Shown here piece by piece: positions 26,589-36,032 of a stretch of DNA of 61,824 nucleotides. Each line of letters begins with the position of its first letter. The stretch's first letter is position 1. The stretch is taken from contig JAZQPI010000012.1 of NCBI GenBank assembly GCA_045628545.1, positions 1 through 61,824 of the forward strand, in the 5' to 3' direction. The DNA is from Kiritimatiellia bacterium. GTDB taxonomy: Bacteria > Verrucomicrobiota > Kiritimatiellia > RFP12 > UBA1067. A program made the position numbers and the translations under genes. A model generated the notes under the pieces. It did not search any database. It saw only the letters and a program-made list of their open reading frames with translations, and had not been told where the DNA came from.

Positions 26589-29124
26589 CCTCCTCCGGCT
26601 TATCTCCCTTCGCCGCCTTGAGCCCCAGTTCCTCCGCGCGGGTCTCGAACTCCTTGACCTGCGAACGGTAGGCGGACGCGACGCGGCGCAGGGCGATGGC
26701 CTGCCGCGGCGAAAGCGAATGACGCCGCGCATACTGCTCCGAAAGGCTGTCGACGAACGACTTGTCGTCGTAGTTGCGGTGGCCGCGCTTCACCACCGGG
26801 CGCCATTCCTTCACGCCTTTCAGCAGCCGGAGGATATCCTGGACCGCGGCGTCAGGCGGAGTCGAGTCGAAGCCGCCAGCGACGAACTCGGAGAGACGTT
26901 CGCGGATTTCGGCGCAGTCGGGAAGTTCGCCGGCGTTTTCGCCGACGGACCGCGCCAGAATCTGGAACTGCTTGGGCGAAAGCCCGCGCCCGTGGTCGTA
27001 CTGCTCGCGCAGGCTGCGCAGGAACGGATTCTGCGACATCCCGCCGATGCGGTCCATCACCTCGAAGCACCACTTCACCAGCGCGGGGTCGGCCTTTTCG
27101 CCGCGTGCCACCGCGTTCCCGACGAGGCCGAACTCGCGCAACTTCTCCTCCGCGCCCGGAATCTGCCCCGCGTACAGCAGCACCATCCGCACCAGGAACT
27201 CGAGCTGCCGCGCCGAAAGCTCGCGCTCGCCCTTCTCGGCCTGCTCGCGGACGCTTTCTACGAACGCCTTGTCGTCGTAGACGCGCTTGCCGACCTTCTT
27301 CGCCGGCTTCCACTCCTTGACCTGGTCCAGCAGCGCGAAGACCGTGTCGAACTTGGCGCGGTCCGGAGCTTCCGCGGCACAGCCCTTGATCGCCTCAAGG
27401 AACTTCGCGTAGAAGGCGCTCAGCATCGCGTCCATGCTCACGCCGTTCTCGGCCACCTGGTCGAGCTCGGCCTCCATCTTGGCGGTGTAGCCGACGTTGA
27501 AAAGCCCGTCCAGCTTGGCGACCAGCCAGTCGCAGACGAGCTTGCCGCGTTCGAGCGGTATCAGCTTGCGCTTCTCGCTCTTGGCGTATTCGCGCGTCTT
27601 GAGCGTCTCGATCGTCGCCGCGTAGGTGGACGGACGGCCGACGCCGTTCTCCTCCAGCGCCTTGATGAGCGACGCCTCGGAATAGTGGGCAGGGCCTTTC
27701 GTGTGCTTCTCGTCCGCCAGCCACCGCACCGCGTCCAGCGACTCGCCGACCGTCAGCGCGGGCAGCTTCGTCACCTCGTCGGAATCCTCGTCCTCATCTT
27801 CGCCGTCCTTCGCCTTCTTCTTGAGCGAGAGCTGCATCACCTTGAGGAAGCCCTCGAAGTCGATCTCGGTGGCGCTCGCGGTAAAGAGGTAGCGGTGGGC
27901 GAGGCCGTTCTTGCGCGGCTGGAGCGAGACGGTGCGCAGGGTCGTGCGCGCATCGGCCATCTGGCTGGCGAGGAAGCGCCGCCAGACGAGGTCGTAGAGC
28001 TTCAGTTCGGAGGCGTCGAGCCCGAGCGCGGACGGCTCGGCGGCGACGTCCGTCGGACGGATGGCCTCGTGCGCGCCCTGAGCGGTCTCCTTCGACTTGA
28101 AGAAGTTCGGCTTGGGCGGATAGTAGTCCGCGCCGTAACGCTCCTCGATGAACGTCTTGGCCGCCGCGCGGGCGACTTCGGAGACGTTGACCGAGTCGGT
28201 TCGCATGTAGGTGATGTGCCCCTTTTCGTAGAGCGACTGCGCCAGCTTCATCGTCCGGCCGGGCGCGAAGCCGAGGACGCTCGACGCCGCCTGCTGGAGC
28301 GTGGAGGTCGTGAACGGCGGCAGCGCGTGGCGCAGCTTGCGCTGGGACTTCAGGTCCGTCACCTCCAGCGTCGCGTCGGCGAGGTCGAGGAAGAGGTTGT
28401 CGACCGTCTGCTTCGTCTTAAGCTCGGGCTTGGCGTCGTCCAGCCGCGCCAGACGGGCGGTGAACTTCGAAGCGGCGTCCCCGGGCTTCTGGGCCTCGAC
28501 GCCGACGAGGAAGTAGGTCTCGGGCGTGAAGGCGTCGATCTCGCGCTGGCGCTCGACCAGGAGGCGCAGCGCGCCGGACTGCACCCGGCCGGCGCTGAGC
28601 GTGCGGTTGTTGGAGCAGGAGATGTTCTTCCACAGCAGCGGCGAGACCTTGTAGCCCACCAGCCGGTCGAGGATACGGCGGGCCTGCTGCGCGTCGACGA
28701 GCGGCATGTCGACGTCACGCGGCTCGGCGACGGCCTTGAGGACCGCCCCCTTGGTGATTTCGTTGTAGGTGATGCGCCTGAACGGCTTGTCGCCCGCGAC
28801 GGGCGAGAGGACTTCGCGCAGATGCCAGGCGATCGCCTCCCCCTCGCGGTCAGGGTCGCTCGCCAGATAGATCTCGTCCACCGACTTCACCGCGCTCTTC
28901 AGTTCGTTGACGACCTTCGTCTTGCCTTCCGAAATCTCGTATTTCGGCGTGAACTTCCAGCGCGATTCGCCGTCGGATTCGACCTTGATCGCGCCCGACC
29001 CCTTCGGCAGGTCGCGGATGTGTCCGACCGAGCTCTTGACGACAAACTCGCCGCCCAGGTATTTGCCGATGGTCTTCGCCTTTGCGGGAGACTCCACGAT
29101 CAGCAGTTTCTTCGCCATACTCAA
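26575..29124 (-). CDS. topA: DNA topoisomerase I with an atypical C-terminal repeat domain
   Basis: IVESPAKAKTI, GHIRDLP, DPDREGEAIAWH, SAGRVQS, ITYMRTDS (catalytic Tyr), AHEAIRPT, GRPSTYA. Confidence 0.96.
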   Translation of the reverse strand: MSMAKKLLIVESPAKAKTIGKYLGGEFVVKSSVGHIRDLPKGSGAIKVESDGESRWKFTPKYEISEGKTKVVNELKSAVKSVDEIYLASDPDREGEAIAWHLREVLSPVAGDKPFRRITYNEITKGAVLKAVAEPRDVDMPLVDAQQARRILDRLVGYKVSPLLWKNISCSNNRTLSAGRVQSGALRLLVERQREIDAFTPETYFLVGVEAQKPGDAASKFTARLARLDDAKPELKTKQTVDNLFLDLADATLEVTDLKSQRKLRHALPPFTTSTLQQAASSVLGFAPGRTMKLAQSLYEKGHITYMRTDSVNVSEVARAAAKTFIEERYGADYYPPKPNFFKSKETAQGAHEAIRPTDVAAEPSALGLDASELKLYDLVWRRFLASQMADARTTLRTVSLQPRKNGLAHRYLFTASATEIDFEGFLKVMQLSLKKKAKDGEDEDEDSDEVTKLPALTVGESLDAVRWLADEKHTKGPAHYSEASLIKALEENGVGRPSTYAATIETLKTREYAKSEKRKLIPLERGKLVCDWLVAKLDGLFNVGYTAKMEAELDQVAENGVSMDAMLSAFYAKFLEAIKGCAAEAPDRAKFDTVFALLDQVKEWKPAKKVGKRVYDDKAFVESVREQAEKGERELSARQLEFLVRMVLLYAGQIPGAEEKLREFGLVGNAVARGEKADPALVKWCFEVMDRIGGMSQNPFLRSLREQYDHGRGLSPKQFQILARSVGENAGELPDCAEIRERLSEFVAGGFDSTPPDAAVQDILRLLKGVKEWRPVVKRGHRNYDDKSFVDSLSEQYARRHSLSPRQAIALRRVASAYRSQVKEFETRAEELGLKAAKGDKPEEDAVG

Positions 29125-29855
29125 CCCTCCACGGAATGGTTCTTCGCCCAGATCGCCTGCCTGGCGACGCCGAGCATCAGGGCCGCGTCGTCTTTGGTGA
29201 ACACGCCGCGCGAAAACACCCTGTGAAATCCCTGCATGAAATGATCCGCCTGCTCGCTCTTCATGAAGCCGATCTCCTGCAGCATCTGCGACCAGTTCTT
29301 CATCAGCTGCATCTTCTGCGCCTGCGGGGCCGGCGGCGCCTTCTCATGCGGCGGCACGTAGCGGCCGGTAGCCGTGAAGAACTCGTAGCAGGTGATCAGC
29401 ACGGCCTGCGACAGGTTGATCGACGTGTACCCCTCGTCGACCGGAATGCGGATGAGATGCGTGCACTGCGCGATCTCCTCGTTCAAGAGCCCCTTGTCCT
29501 CCCGGCCGAACACCAGCGCGACCGGCCCCGTCTCGGCGAGGGCGAGGATGTCCGCCGCGCAATCCCGAGGCGCCTTCACGTGCTGCCGGTACAGGCCCCC
29601 GCGCGCGGTCGTCCCGACGCCCGCCACGCAGTCCGCCACGGCCTCCTCGAAAGTCGCGAACTCCTCGCGCGCGGCGAGGATGTCGGTCGCGTGGACCGCG
29701 AGCCGCTCGCCCTCGTCCCACGAATTCTGGAGGTTCGGAGCCGCCAGCCGCAGATGGTGGATGCCCATGTTGGCCATGGCGCGGCAGCTCGAACCGACGT
29801 TCCCGGTGTACAGCGTCCCGACCAGGACGACCCGGATGTTTTCAAGCGGATTCAC
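29121..29855 (-). CDS. trmJ: SPOUT tRNA methyltransferase, TrmJ family
   Basis: IRVVLV....GNVG...RAMANMG, GTTAR, LVFGRE..GL.NEE, Y.SINLSQAV. GTG start at 29855. Confidence 0.85.
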   Translation of the reverse strand: MNPLENIRVVLVGTLYTGNVGSSCRAMANMGIHHLRLAAPNLQNSWDEGERLAVHATDILAAREEFATFEEAVADCVAGVGTTARGGLYRQHVKAPRDCAADILALAETGPVALVFGREDKGLLNEEIAQCTHLIRIPVDEGYTSINLSQAVLITCYEFFTATGRYVPPHEKAPPAPQAQKMQLMKNWSQMLQEIGFMKSEQADHFMQGFHRVFSRGVFTKDDAALMLGVARQAIWAKNHSVEG

Positions 29856-29866
29856 GCTTCCCCCCT

Positions 29867-31708
29867 TCAGTTCGGCCGGCACATCACGCCCTGGAACACG
29901 AGCTGGTAGTCGCTCTTGTCTGGCAGCTGACGGTAGGCAGACACGAGGACGCCGTTGGCATGAAACATCCACTCCTCGTCATCAGACCGGTACAAGGTCC
30001 CCGAACGGAGCACATTCAAACACTGGTAGGCCTTGAAGGACGTGCCGTCCGGAAGTTCTACGATCACCCGGAGGTTGGACTTGAACTCGTGTTCGGTACC
30101 GTCCAGCTTGTAAGTCGAGACATGGTCTCCATCCCCGCGCTGATAGTCGACGGAGAGGAAGCGTCCGTCATTGTCGATGAACCGCACGGTCTGCTTCGTC
30201 TCGTAGGAGACGCAGCCCGCGAAAAGCATCAGCGCGAGCGCGAGGCCCAGCGCGGCGAGCTTGCGCGCCACGATGCCGCCGACGAGCTTCGGGTCGGCCT
30301 TGCCCTTCGAAAGCTTCATCACCTGGCCGACGAAGAACCCGGCCGCGGCCTTCTTGCCCGCCTTGAAGTCGGCGACCGGACCCGGGTTCGCCGCGATCGC
30401 CTGGTCGACGCACGCCTCGAGCGCGCCCGTGTCGCTGACCGCTCCGAGCCCGCGCTCCTTGACGATCGCCGCAGGATCGCCGCCCTTCTCGAAGATCTCG
30501 GGGAGGAGCTCCTTCAGAGTCGGGCCGTTGATCGTCCCCGCCGCGCTCAGCTTCACCAGCGCCGCGATGGCCTCCGGCGTCATCGCGCAGTCTCCGATCG
30601 CCTTGCCGGTGGCGTTCATCAGCGCCATCACGTCGCCCATGAACAGGTTGCAGAGCGACTTGAAGACCTTCCGCTGCTCGCCTTCACCTCCGACCTCCGC
30701 CTTGAGGACGCCGCAGGCGCGCTCGAAGAAGTCCGCGTTGGCCTTGTGCTGCGAAAGGACGTCCGCGTCGTATTCGGCGATGCCATAGTCGGCGACCATC
30801 CGCGCGCGCCGCGCCTCCGGCTTCTCCGGGAGGAGCCGGCGCCATTCGGCGATCTGCTCCTCCGAAAGCTCGACGGGCACGAGGTCCGGCTCGGGGAAGT
30901 AGCGGTAGTCGTGCGCGTTCTCCTTCGAGCGCATCGACGCCGTCTCCATCGCCTCGCCGTCCCAGCGCCGCGTCTCCTGCACGATCGGGATCGAATGGGC
31001 CATGCACTCGCGCTGCCGCCGCGCCTCGTATTCGAGCGCCGCGTGAATGCCCTTAAAGGTGTTCATGTTCTTGATCTCGACCTTCGTCCCCAGCTTCGTC
31101 TCGCCCACGGGGCGGATCGAGATGTTGACGTCGGAGCGCATGTTGCCCTCTTCGAGGTTGCAGTCGCTGACGCCCGCGTAGACGAGCATCTCCTTAAGGG
31201 CGGTAAGATACGCGATCGCCTCGTCGGCAGACGAGAGGTCGGGCTCGGAGACGATCTCCATCAGCGGCGTTCCGCCGCGGTTGAAGTCGACGCCCGAGCT
31301 GGACGCGTAGTGGTTGATCTTCGCCGCGTCCTCCTCGAGGTGGATGTGGTTGATGCGGATGAACTTGCGCGTCCCGTCGGCGCGGGTGATCTCCACGCCG
31401 CCGCCGATGCAGAGCGGCTGGCCGTTTTCGGAGATCTGATAGTCCTTGGCCATGTCGGGGTAGAAGTAGTTCTTGCGGTCGAAGGTCGCGTGGCGGTTGA
31501 CCTCGCAGCCGAGCATCATGCCCGACATCACCGTCATCCGCACGGCCTCCTTGTTCATCACCGGCAGCGCACCGGGATACCCCAGGCAGACGGGGCAGAC
31601 GTTGCGGTTAGGCTCGCAACCCGTCTTCAGCAGGCAGCCGCAGAACATTTTCGTGCGCGTTTTCAGCTGCACGTGGGTCTCCAGACCGATTGTATTCTCG
31701 AATTCCAT
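29867..31708 (-). CDS. gatB: Asp/Glu-tRNA amidotransferase subunit B, fused in frame to a C-terminal lipoprotein-like module
   Basis: IGLETHVQL, FDRKNYFYPD, HLEEDA, GTPLMEIVSEP, YRYFPEPDL and a Yqey tail FFVGQVMK..KGKADP, then about 130 extra residues starting with a hydrophobic stretch and FAGC. Confidence 0.95.
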   Translation of the reverse strand: MEFENTIGLETHVQLKTRTKMFCGCLLKTGCEPNRNVCPVCLGYPGALPVMNKEAVRMTVMSGMMLGCEVNRHATFDRKNYFYPDMAKDYQISENGQPLCIGGGVEITRADGTRKFIRINHIHLEEDAAKINHYASSSGVDFNRGGTPLMEIVSEPDLSSADEAIAYLTALKEMLVYAGVSDCNLEEGNMRSDVNISIRPVGETKLGTKVEIKNMNTFKGIHAALEYEARRQRECMAHSIPIVQETRRWDGEAMETASMRSKENAHDYRYFPEPDLVPVELSEEQIAEWRRLLPEKPEARRARMVADYGIAEYDADVLSQHKANADFFERACGVLKAEVGGEGEQRKVFKSLCNLFMGDVMALMNATGKAIGDCAMTPEAIAALVKLSAAGTINGPTLKELLPEIFEKGGDPAAIVKERGLGAVSDTGALEACVDQAIAANPGPVADFKAGKKAAAGFFVGQVMKLSKGKADPKLVGGIVARKLAALGLALALMLFAGCVSYETKQTVRFIDNDGRFLSVDYQRGDGDHVSTYKLDGTEHEFKSNLRVIVELPDGTSFKAYQCLNVLRSGTLYRSDDEEWMFHANGVLVSAYRQLPDKSDYQLVFQGVMCRPN

Positions 31709-31716
31709 ATCCTTCT

Positions 31717-31725
31717 ATTATAGCA
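31717..31725 (-). promoter_or_regulatory. Extended -10 promoter (TGCTATAAT) 8 nt upstream of the gatB ATG
   Basis: Exact TGNTATAAT. The spacing implies a near-leaderless transcript. Confidence 0.65.
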
Positions 31726-31747
31726 TTTTCTAAGGACAAAGTCCGCG

Positions 31748-33889
31748 TCAGTCGAGGATGCCCTTCGACGGCGTCTCCGACTCGTCCCACCACGACCCTT
31801 TCGACGCGGAAATGCGCGCAATCGGCTTGGTGGTGAGCTGCTTGCCCTTCGCCGAGGCCGTGCGGATCGCGACCACGTCCTGCTTCTCGATCTTGCCGGT
31901 CTCCGCGTTCGTCCGCGGCATCTGCTCCGTCGGCAGGAAGTACTGCTGGTGGATGCGCTGGTTCTTCATCGGCTTGAACCGCACGTACAGCGCCTCCGGG
32001 CAGCCCTTCTGGAAGAGGAGGATCTTCGACTTCGGCTTCTCGGGCGCCAGACGGTAGTCCTTGTTGCGGATGAGTCCGCCGAACCGGAAGCGCTTGATGT
32101 AGCTGAAGCCATAACCGCCCTCTTCGTAGACGCAGGTGAAGTCCAGCTCGCGGTCCTTCTCCTGGTCGTAGCGCATCACCGCAAGCAGGTTCTTGTCGAC
32201 GAAGATCTTGTCCTCGGGCTGGACCTTGCGGAACTTGCCGTCCTTCCAGACGAGGATCAGCTCGTCGAGCGAGGAGCACTTGAAAAGCTCGTCGCCGCCG
32301 CGCAGGCCGGACCCGACGTAGTTGTTCTCGCGGTCCCAGCGGATCGTCAGCTCGGACGCGGTGATTGCCCGCACGTCGACCTGCTTGAACGCGCCCTTCA
32401 TGATCTGGGTGCAGCGCGGATAGTTCTTGCCGTAGGTCTTGACAAGGCCCTTGAGGTACTTGATCACGAACGCCCGGAGGTGGACGAGGTTGTCGTTGAC
32501 CTCCGCCTCCTCCTTGAGGATCCCCTCGATCTCCTCGCGGTTCTTGTCGATGTCGAACTGGGAGATGCGCCGGATCGGGATCTTCAGCAGCCGCTCGATG
32601 TCGTCGTCCGTGATCTCGGGATGGCGCAACTCCTTGAGAAACGGCTGGAAGCCGGTCCGGATCGTCGCCTTCACGCCCTCGTAGGTCTTCTCCGCCTCGA
32701 TGCGCTTGTAGATGCGCTCCTCGATGAAGATGCGGTCAAGTGTCCGCGCGTGGAAGAGCTCGTCAAGCTCGCCCAGCCGGATCTCCTGCTCCTTCTTGGT
32801 CAGCGCGACGAGCCGTTCGACGTTGCGGCGGAGGATCTCGGAGACCGACATCAGCTTCGGGCGTCCGCCTTCCAGCACGATCGGACGCGAAGAAAGCGAC
32901 TTCTCGCAGTTCGTGAACGCATAAAGCGCGGTCATCACCTTGTCTTGGCTCTCGCCGGTCTGCAGCTCGAGCTCGATGCGGACCTTGTCGCTCGTTAAGT
33001 CGTGGAGCTTGCGGACCGCGACCTTCTTCTTCTTGATCGCGTCCTCGATCGACTCGGCGAGCGAATCGGTGGTCTCGCCCCAGGGCAGTTCGGTGATGAC
33101 GAGCCCCTTGCCCTCCTTCTCGATCTTCGCGCGGACCTTCACCTTGCCGAGTCCGTCCTGGTACTCCGACGCGTCCATGATGCCGCCGAGCTGGAAATCG
33201 GGGAATATCTCGAACGGCTTCTTCTGCAGGATCGCGATCTCCGCCTCCAGCAGCTCGATGAAGTTGTGCGGCAGGATCGACGTCGAAAGCCCGACCGCGA
33301 TGCCGTCCGCCCCGAGCATCAGCAGGAGCGGGATCTTCGCGGGCAGATAGACCGGCTCCTCCTTGCGTCCGTCGTAGTTCGGCACATACGAGGTGGTCTT
33401 GCGGTTGAAGACCTCCTTGCGCGCGAGCTCGGTGAGCCGGCACTCGATGTATCGCGTCGCCGCGTGCGGCATGCCGGTGAGCAGCGAGCCGTAGTTGCCC
33501 TGTCCGTCGATGAGATAGCCCTTGCCCTTGCCCCAGAGCTTGTTCGTCAGCACGCAGAGGGCGTCGCCGATCGACGCGTCGCCGTGCGGATGGTACTGCA
33601 TGCAGTGGCCGACGATGTTGGCGACCTTGGTGTAGCGTCCGTCGTCCTTCTCGTACAGCGAATGCATGATGCGCCGCTGCACCGGCTTCAGGCCGTCCTC
33701 GAGCGCGGGAATCGCGCGCGAGCAGATGACATAGGCCGAATACTGGCGGAAGTTAAAGTCGTAAAGGTCGCGCAGCGGTCCGCTGCCGGTCAGCCCCGGC
33801 TGCGCGGGGGAGTTCTCCGCCGGCGCGGCGAAAAGTTCCGGATTGTCAAACAGACTCGGCGGCTCGTTCTTCTTTTCCATGTTCCTCAT
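31748..33889 (-). CDS. parC: DNA topoisomerase IV subunit A
   Basis: RAIP.LEDGLKPVQRRI, YHPHGDASIGDA, AATRYIE (catalytic Tyr); short CTD with no recognisable GyrA-box. Confidence 0.85.
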   Translation of the reverse strand: MRNMEKKNEPPSLFDNPELFAAPAENSPAQPGLTGSGPLRDLYDFNFRQYSAYVICSRAIPALEDGLKPVQRRIMHSLYEKDDGRYTKVANIVGHCMQYHPHGDASIGDALCVLTNKLWGKGKGYLIDGQGNYGSLLTGMPHAATRYIECRLTELARKEVFNRKTTSYVPNYDGRKEEPVYLPAKIPLLLMLGADGIAVGLSTSILPHNFIELLEAEIAILQKKPFEIFPDFQLGGIMDASEYQDGLGKVKVRAKIEKEGKGLVITELPWGETTDSLAESIEDAIKKKKVAVRKLHDLTSDKVRIELELQTGESQDKVMTALYAFTNCEKSLSSRPIVLEGGRPKLMSVSEILRRNVERLVALTKKEQEIRLGELDELFHARTLDRIFIEERIYKRIEAEKTYEGVKATIRTGFQPFLKELRHPEITDDDIERLLKIPIRRISQFDIDKNREEIEGILKEEAEVNDNLVHLRAFVIKYLKGLVKTYGKNYPRCTQIMKGAFKQVDVRAITASELTIRWDRENNYVGSGLRGGDELFKCSSLDELILVWKDGKFRKVQPEDKIFVDKNLLAVMRYDQEKDRELDFTCVYEEGGYGFSYIKRFRFGGLIRNKDYRLAPEKPKSKILLFQKGCPEALYVRFKPMKNQRIHQQYFLPTEQMPRTNAETGKIEKQDVVAIRTASAKGKQLTTKPIARISASKGSWWDESETPSKGILD

Positions 33890-34656
33890 TTGCCCTGCTG
33901 GGCTTCACCCTTCTTCTTCGTCAAAATCGAAATCGGCGTCCGCTCCTGCGGATTCGCGGCGCGGTCCTGGATGCGCTCGGCGTAGTTCTCGCGGTAGGGC
34001 CGCCCGTCCGCCGCCTTGTCCGAGCGGCCGTTGTAGCGCTGCAGCGCCACCTCCCAGCCGTCGAAGACGCCGGCGGAGTTGTTCGCGGCGGGCTGCCCGG
34101 AGCGGCCGAAGCCCTTGCGCGCCAGCAGCATGATGCCCGCGCGGAGGTTCCGCTCCGCCGACCCCTCGTTGCGGCGGCGCGGCTCGCGCAGTCCGAGATA
34201 GCGCTTGTAGGGGTTCCAGTCCCCCGGCACGTTCACCTGCAGCGGATCCTTCAGCCAGGCCGCCCGCGAACGGACGTCGCCGCCGCCGGTCTCCTGGATC
34301 ATGTGCGCCTTCACCTGCGCCGCCGTGATCTCCGGCATCGCCGCCGCCTGCGCCTCCGTCGCGCCGGCCCAGACGCAGCGGCGCGCGTTGTAGTCCGCCA
34401 CATACCGCGCGATCAGTCCGTCGAACATCTGGTAACGTGCGTCCTCGAAGCCGCAGAAGACCGGCACGGAGACGGGCTCCGCCGCCGCGTCCGCAGCACC
34501 GGACGCCTCCGCCGCGCCGGACGCCTCCGCCGGAACTGGACGCGCGAACGCCACCGCCGCGTCCTCGCGCTTCCCCGAGCAGGCGATGAACAGCGCCATC
34601 GGCAGCACCGTCGCGGCGACGAGCGCCGCCAGCGTCTGGGAAGCGCCCATCCTCAT
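33886..34656 (-). CDS. Membrane-anchored lytic transglycosylase/lysozyme-like protein
   Basis: N-terminal hydrophobic segment with FIAC; SLT-like motifs VKAHMIQETGG (catalytic Glu), PLQV, NLRAGI.LL, AL.RYNG, YA.RI. Confidence 0.65.
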   Translation of the reverse strand: MRMGASQTLAALVAATVLPMALFIACSGKREDAAVAFARPVPAEASGAAEASGAADAAAEPVSVPVFCGFEDARYQMFDGLIARYVADYNARRCVWAGATEAQAAAMPEITAAQVKAHMIQETGGGDVRSRAAWLKDPLQVNVPGDWNPYKRYLGLREPRRRNEGSAERNLRAGIMLLARKGFGRSGQPAANNSAGVFDGWEVALQRYNGRSDKAADGRPYRENYAERIQDRAANPQERTPISILTKKKGEAQQGK

Positions 34657-36032
34657 GCGAGCTTCCTTTCGGCCAGGTCGCAGAGCTGCTTCACGCCCCA
34701 GCACAGCAGGCAGTAGGCCGAGGCGACCGACACCAGCGGACCGAACGCCGCGAGCGACCGTCCGCAGACGAGGTCAGCCGCCAGCGTCAGGTCGCAGATG
34801 TTCAGACAGCCGACGACCGAAGTCCACTGCACCAGCTCGACGAGCTTCGTGCGCGCCACCGGCAGCCACGCGGCCGGATGCGCGCCGCAGACCGGCTCGA
34901 CGAACGCCGCCAGCCAGAAGGACAGCGAAACGAGCGCCAGCAGCCAGGCCGACACGGCGGACGAGAAGAGGCAGCCGAACGCCACGAGCACGATCGGCGG
35001 CGGCAGCAGACGGACCCCTTCCAGCAGCACGTCGAGCGCCGCGGCGCCCGCGCGCGGAAGACGCTCCCCGAGGCCGCGCAGCCCCCACGCCATGGCGAAG
35101 CCCAGAAGCGCGGCAAGGACGGAAAGCGCCAGCGTCGTCAGAAAGCCCGTCACGAAGAGCGAGACGCGCGGATCGTTGAACAGCCGCGCCGAATACCCGA
35201 GGCGCGTGAGCCCCAGCATCGCCCCGTCGTCGTCGCCGCGCTTGACCAGCACCTTCATGTCCGCGTCAAAGTAGCCGTCCGAGGCCAGCACCCCCTCCGG
35301 CACCTCGGTCGCGCTGTAGTCGTCGATGACGAGGTCCAGTTCGCCGGCCGCCAGCTCCTTCAGAATCCGCCCGTCCGGACGGCAGACGATGCGCGGCCGC
35401 AGGTGCTGCGTCTGCGCGAACCGCCGGATGAACTCGATGTCGAAGCCGGTCAGCTCGCCCGAATCGTCGTAGAAGCTCGACGGCTCCTCCGTCCCGCTCG
35501 TGCCAATGCGCAGTTCGGCGCCGCCGGCCGCTTCGGGGACGCGCGGCATCGGAACGTACGCGTCGCTCTGGCACCAGCGGGTGAACATGTCGTCGTACAG
35601 CCCGATCCGGCGGTAGTTGCGGATGAACTTGTTCAACCGCTCGCACAGCTCGGGACGGCGCTTGGAGACCAGCACGACGGACGGGACGCGCGACAGCGGC
35701 TCGTCCAGCACCTTCAGCCGGTTCGGATAGGCCCGGAGCGCGATGTTGAGCACGTGCTCGTTGTAGACGAAGGCCTCGATGTTGCCCGCCAGCAGCGCCA
35801 TGAACGCGTCGTCGAACTCGCGGAAGCCCACGATCCGCGCCTTGGGGAAGACCGTGCGCGAGACGGACTCGGACGCGTAGCCCGTCAGCACGCCTACGCG
35901 GCAGTCCCGGCGGTTCAGCTCCGCCGGCGACTTGAAGTCCCGCGGCCTGCCGTACGTCCCCGTCCCGACGAGGTGCGCCAGGGCGATGAACGCCACCGCC
36001 CCCAGGACGATCAGAACTCGCTGGAATCGCAT
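34653..36032 (-). CDS. Fusion of tandem family-3 substrate-binding domains and a degenerate amino-acid ABC permease
   Basis: RVGVLTG, ALLAGNIEAFV, LRIGT, GELTGFDIE, followed by HisM/GlnP-like TM segments (GFLTTLALS...WTSVVG..NI.DLT). Start at 36032. Confidence 0.75.
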   Translation of the reverse strand: MRFQRVLIVLGAVAFIALAHLVGTGTYGRPRDFKSPAELNRRDCRVGVLTGYASESVSRTVFPKARIVGFREFDDAFMALLAGNIEAFVYNEHVLNIALRAYPNRLKVLDEPLSRVPSVVLVSKRRPELCERLNKFIRNYRRIGLYDDMFTRWCQSDAYVPMPRVPEAAGGAELRIGTSGTEEPSSFYDDSGELTGFDIEFIRRFAQTQHLRPRIVCRPDGRILKELAAGELDLVIDDYSATEVPEGVLASDGYFDADMKVLVKRGDDDGAMLGLTRLGYSARLFNDPRVSLFVTGFLTTLALSVLAALLGFAMAWGLRGLGERLPRAGAAALDVLLEGVRLLPPPIVLVAFGCLFSSAVSAWLLALVSLSFWLAAFVEPVCGAHPAAWLPVARTKLVELVQWTSVVGCLNICDLTLAADLVCGRSLAAFGPLVSVASAYCLLCWGVKQLCDLAERKLA

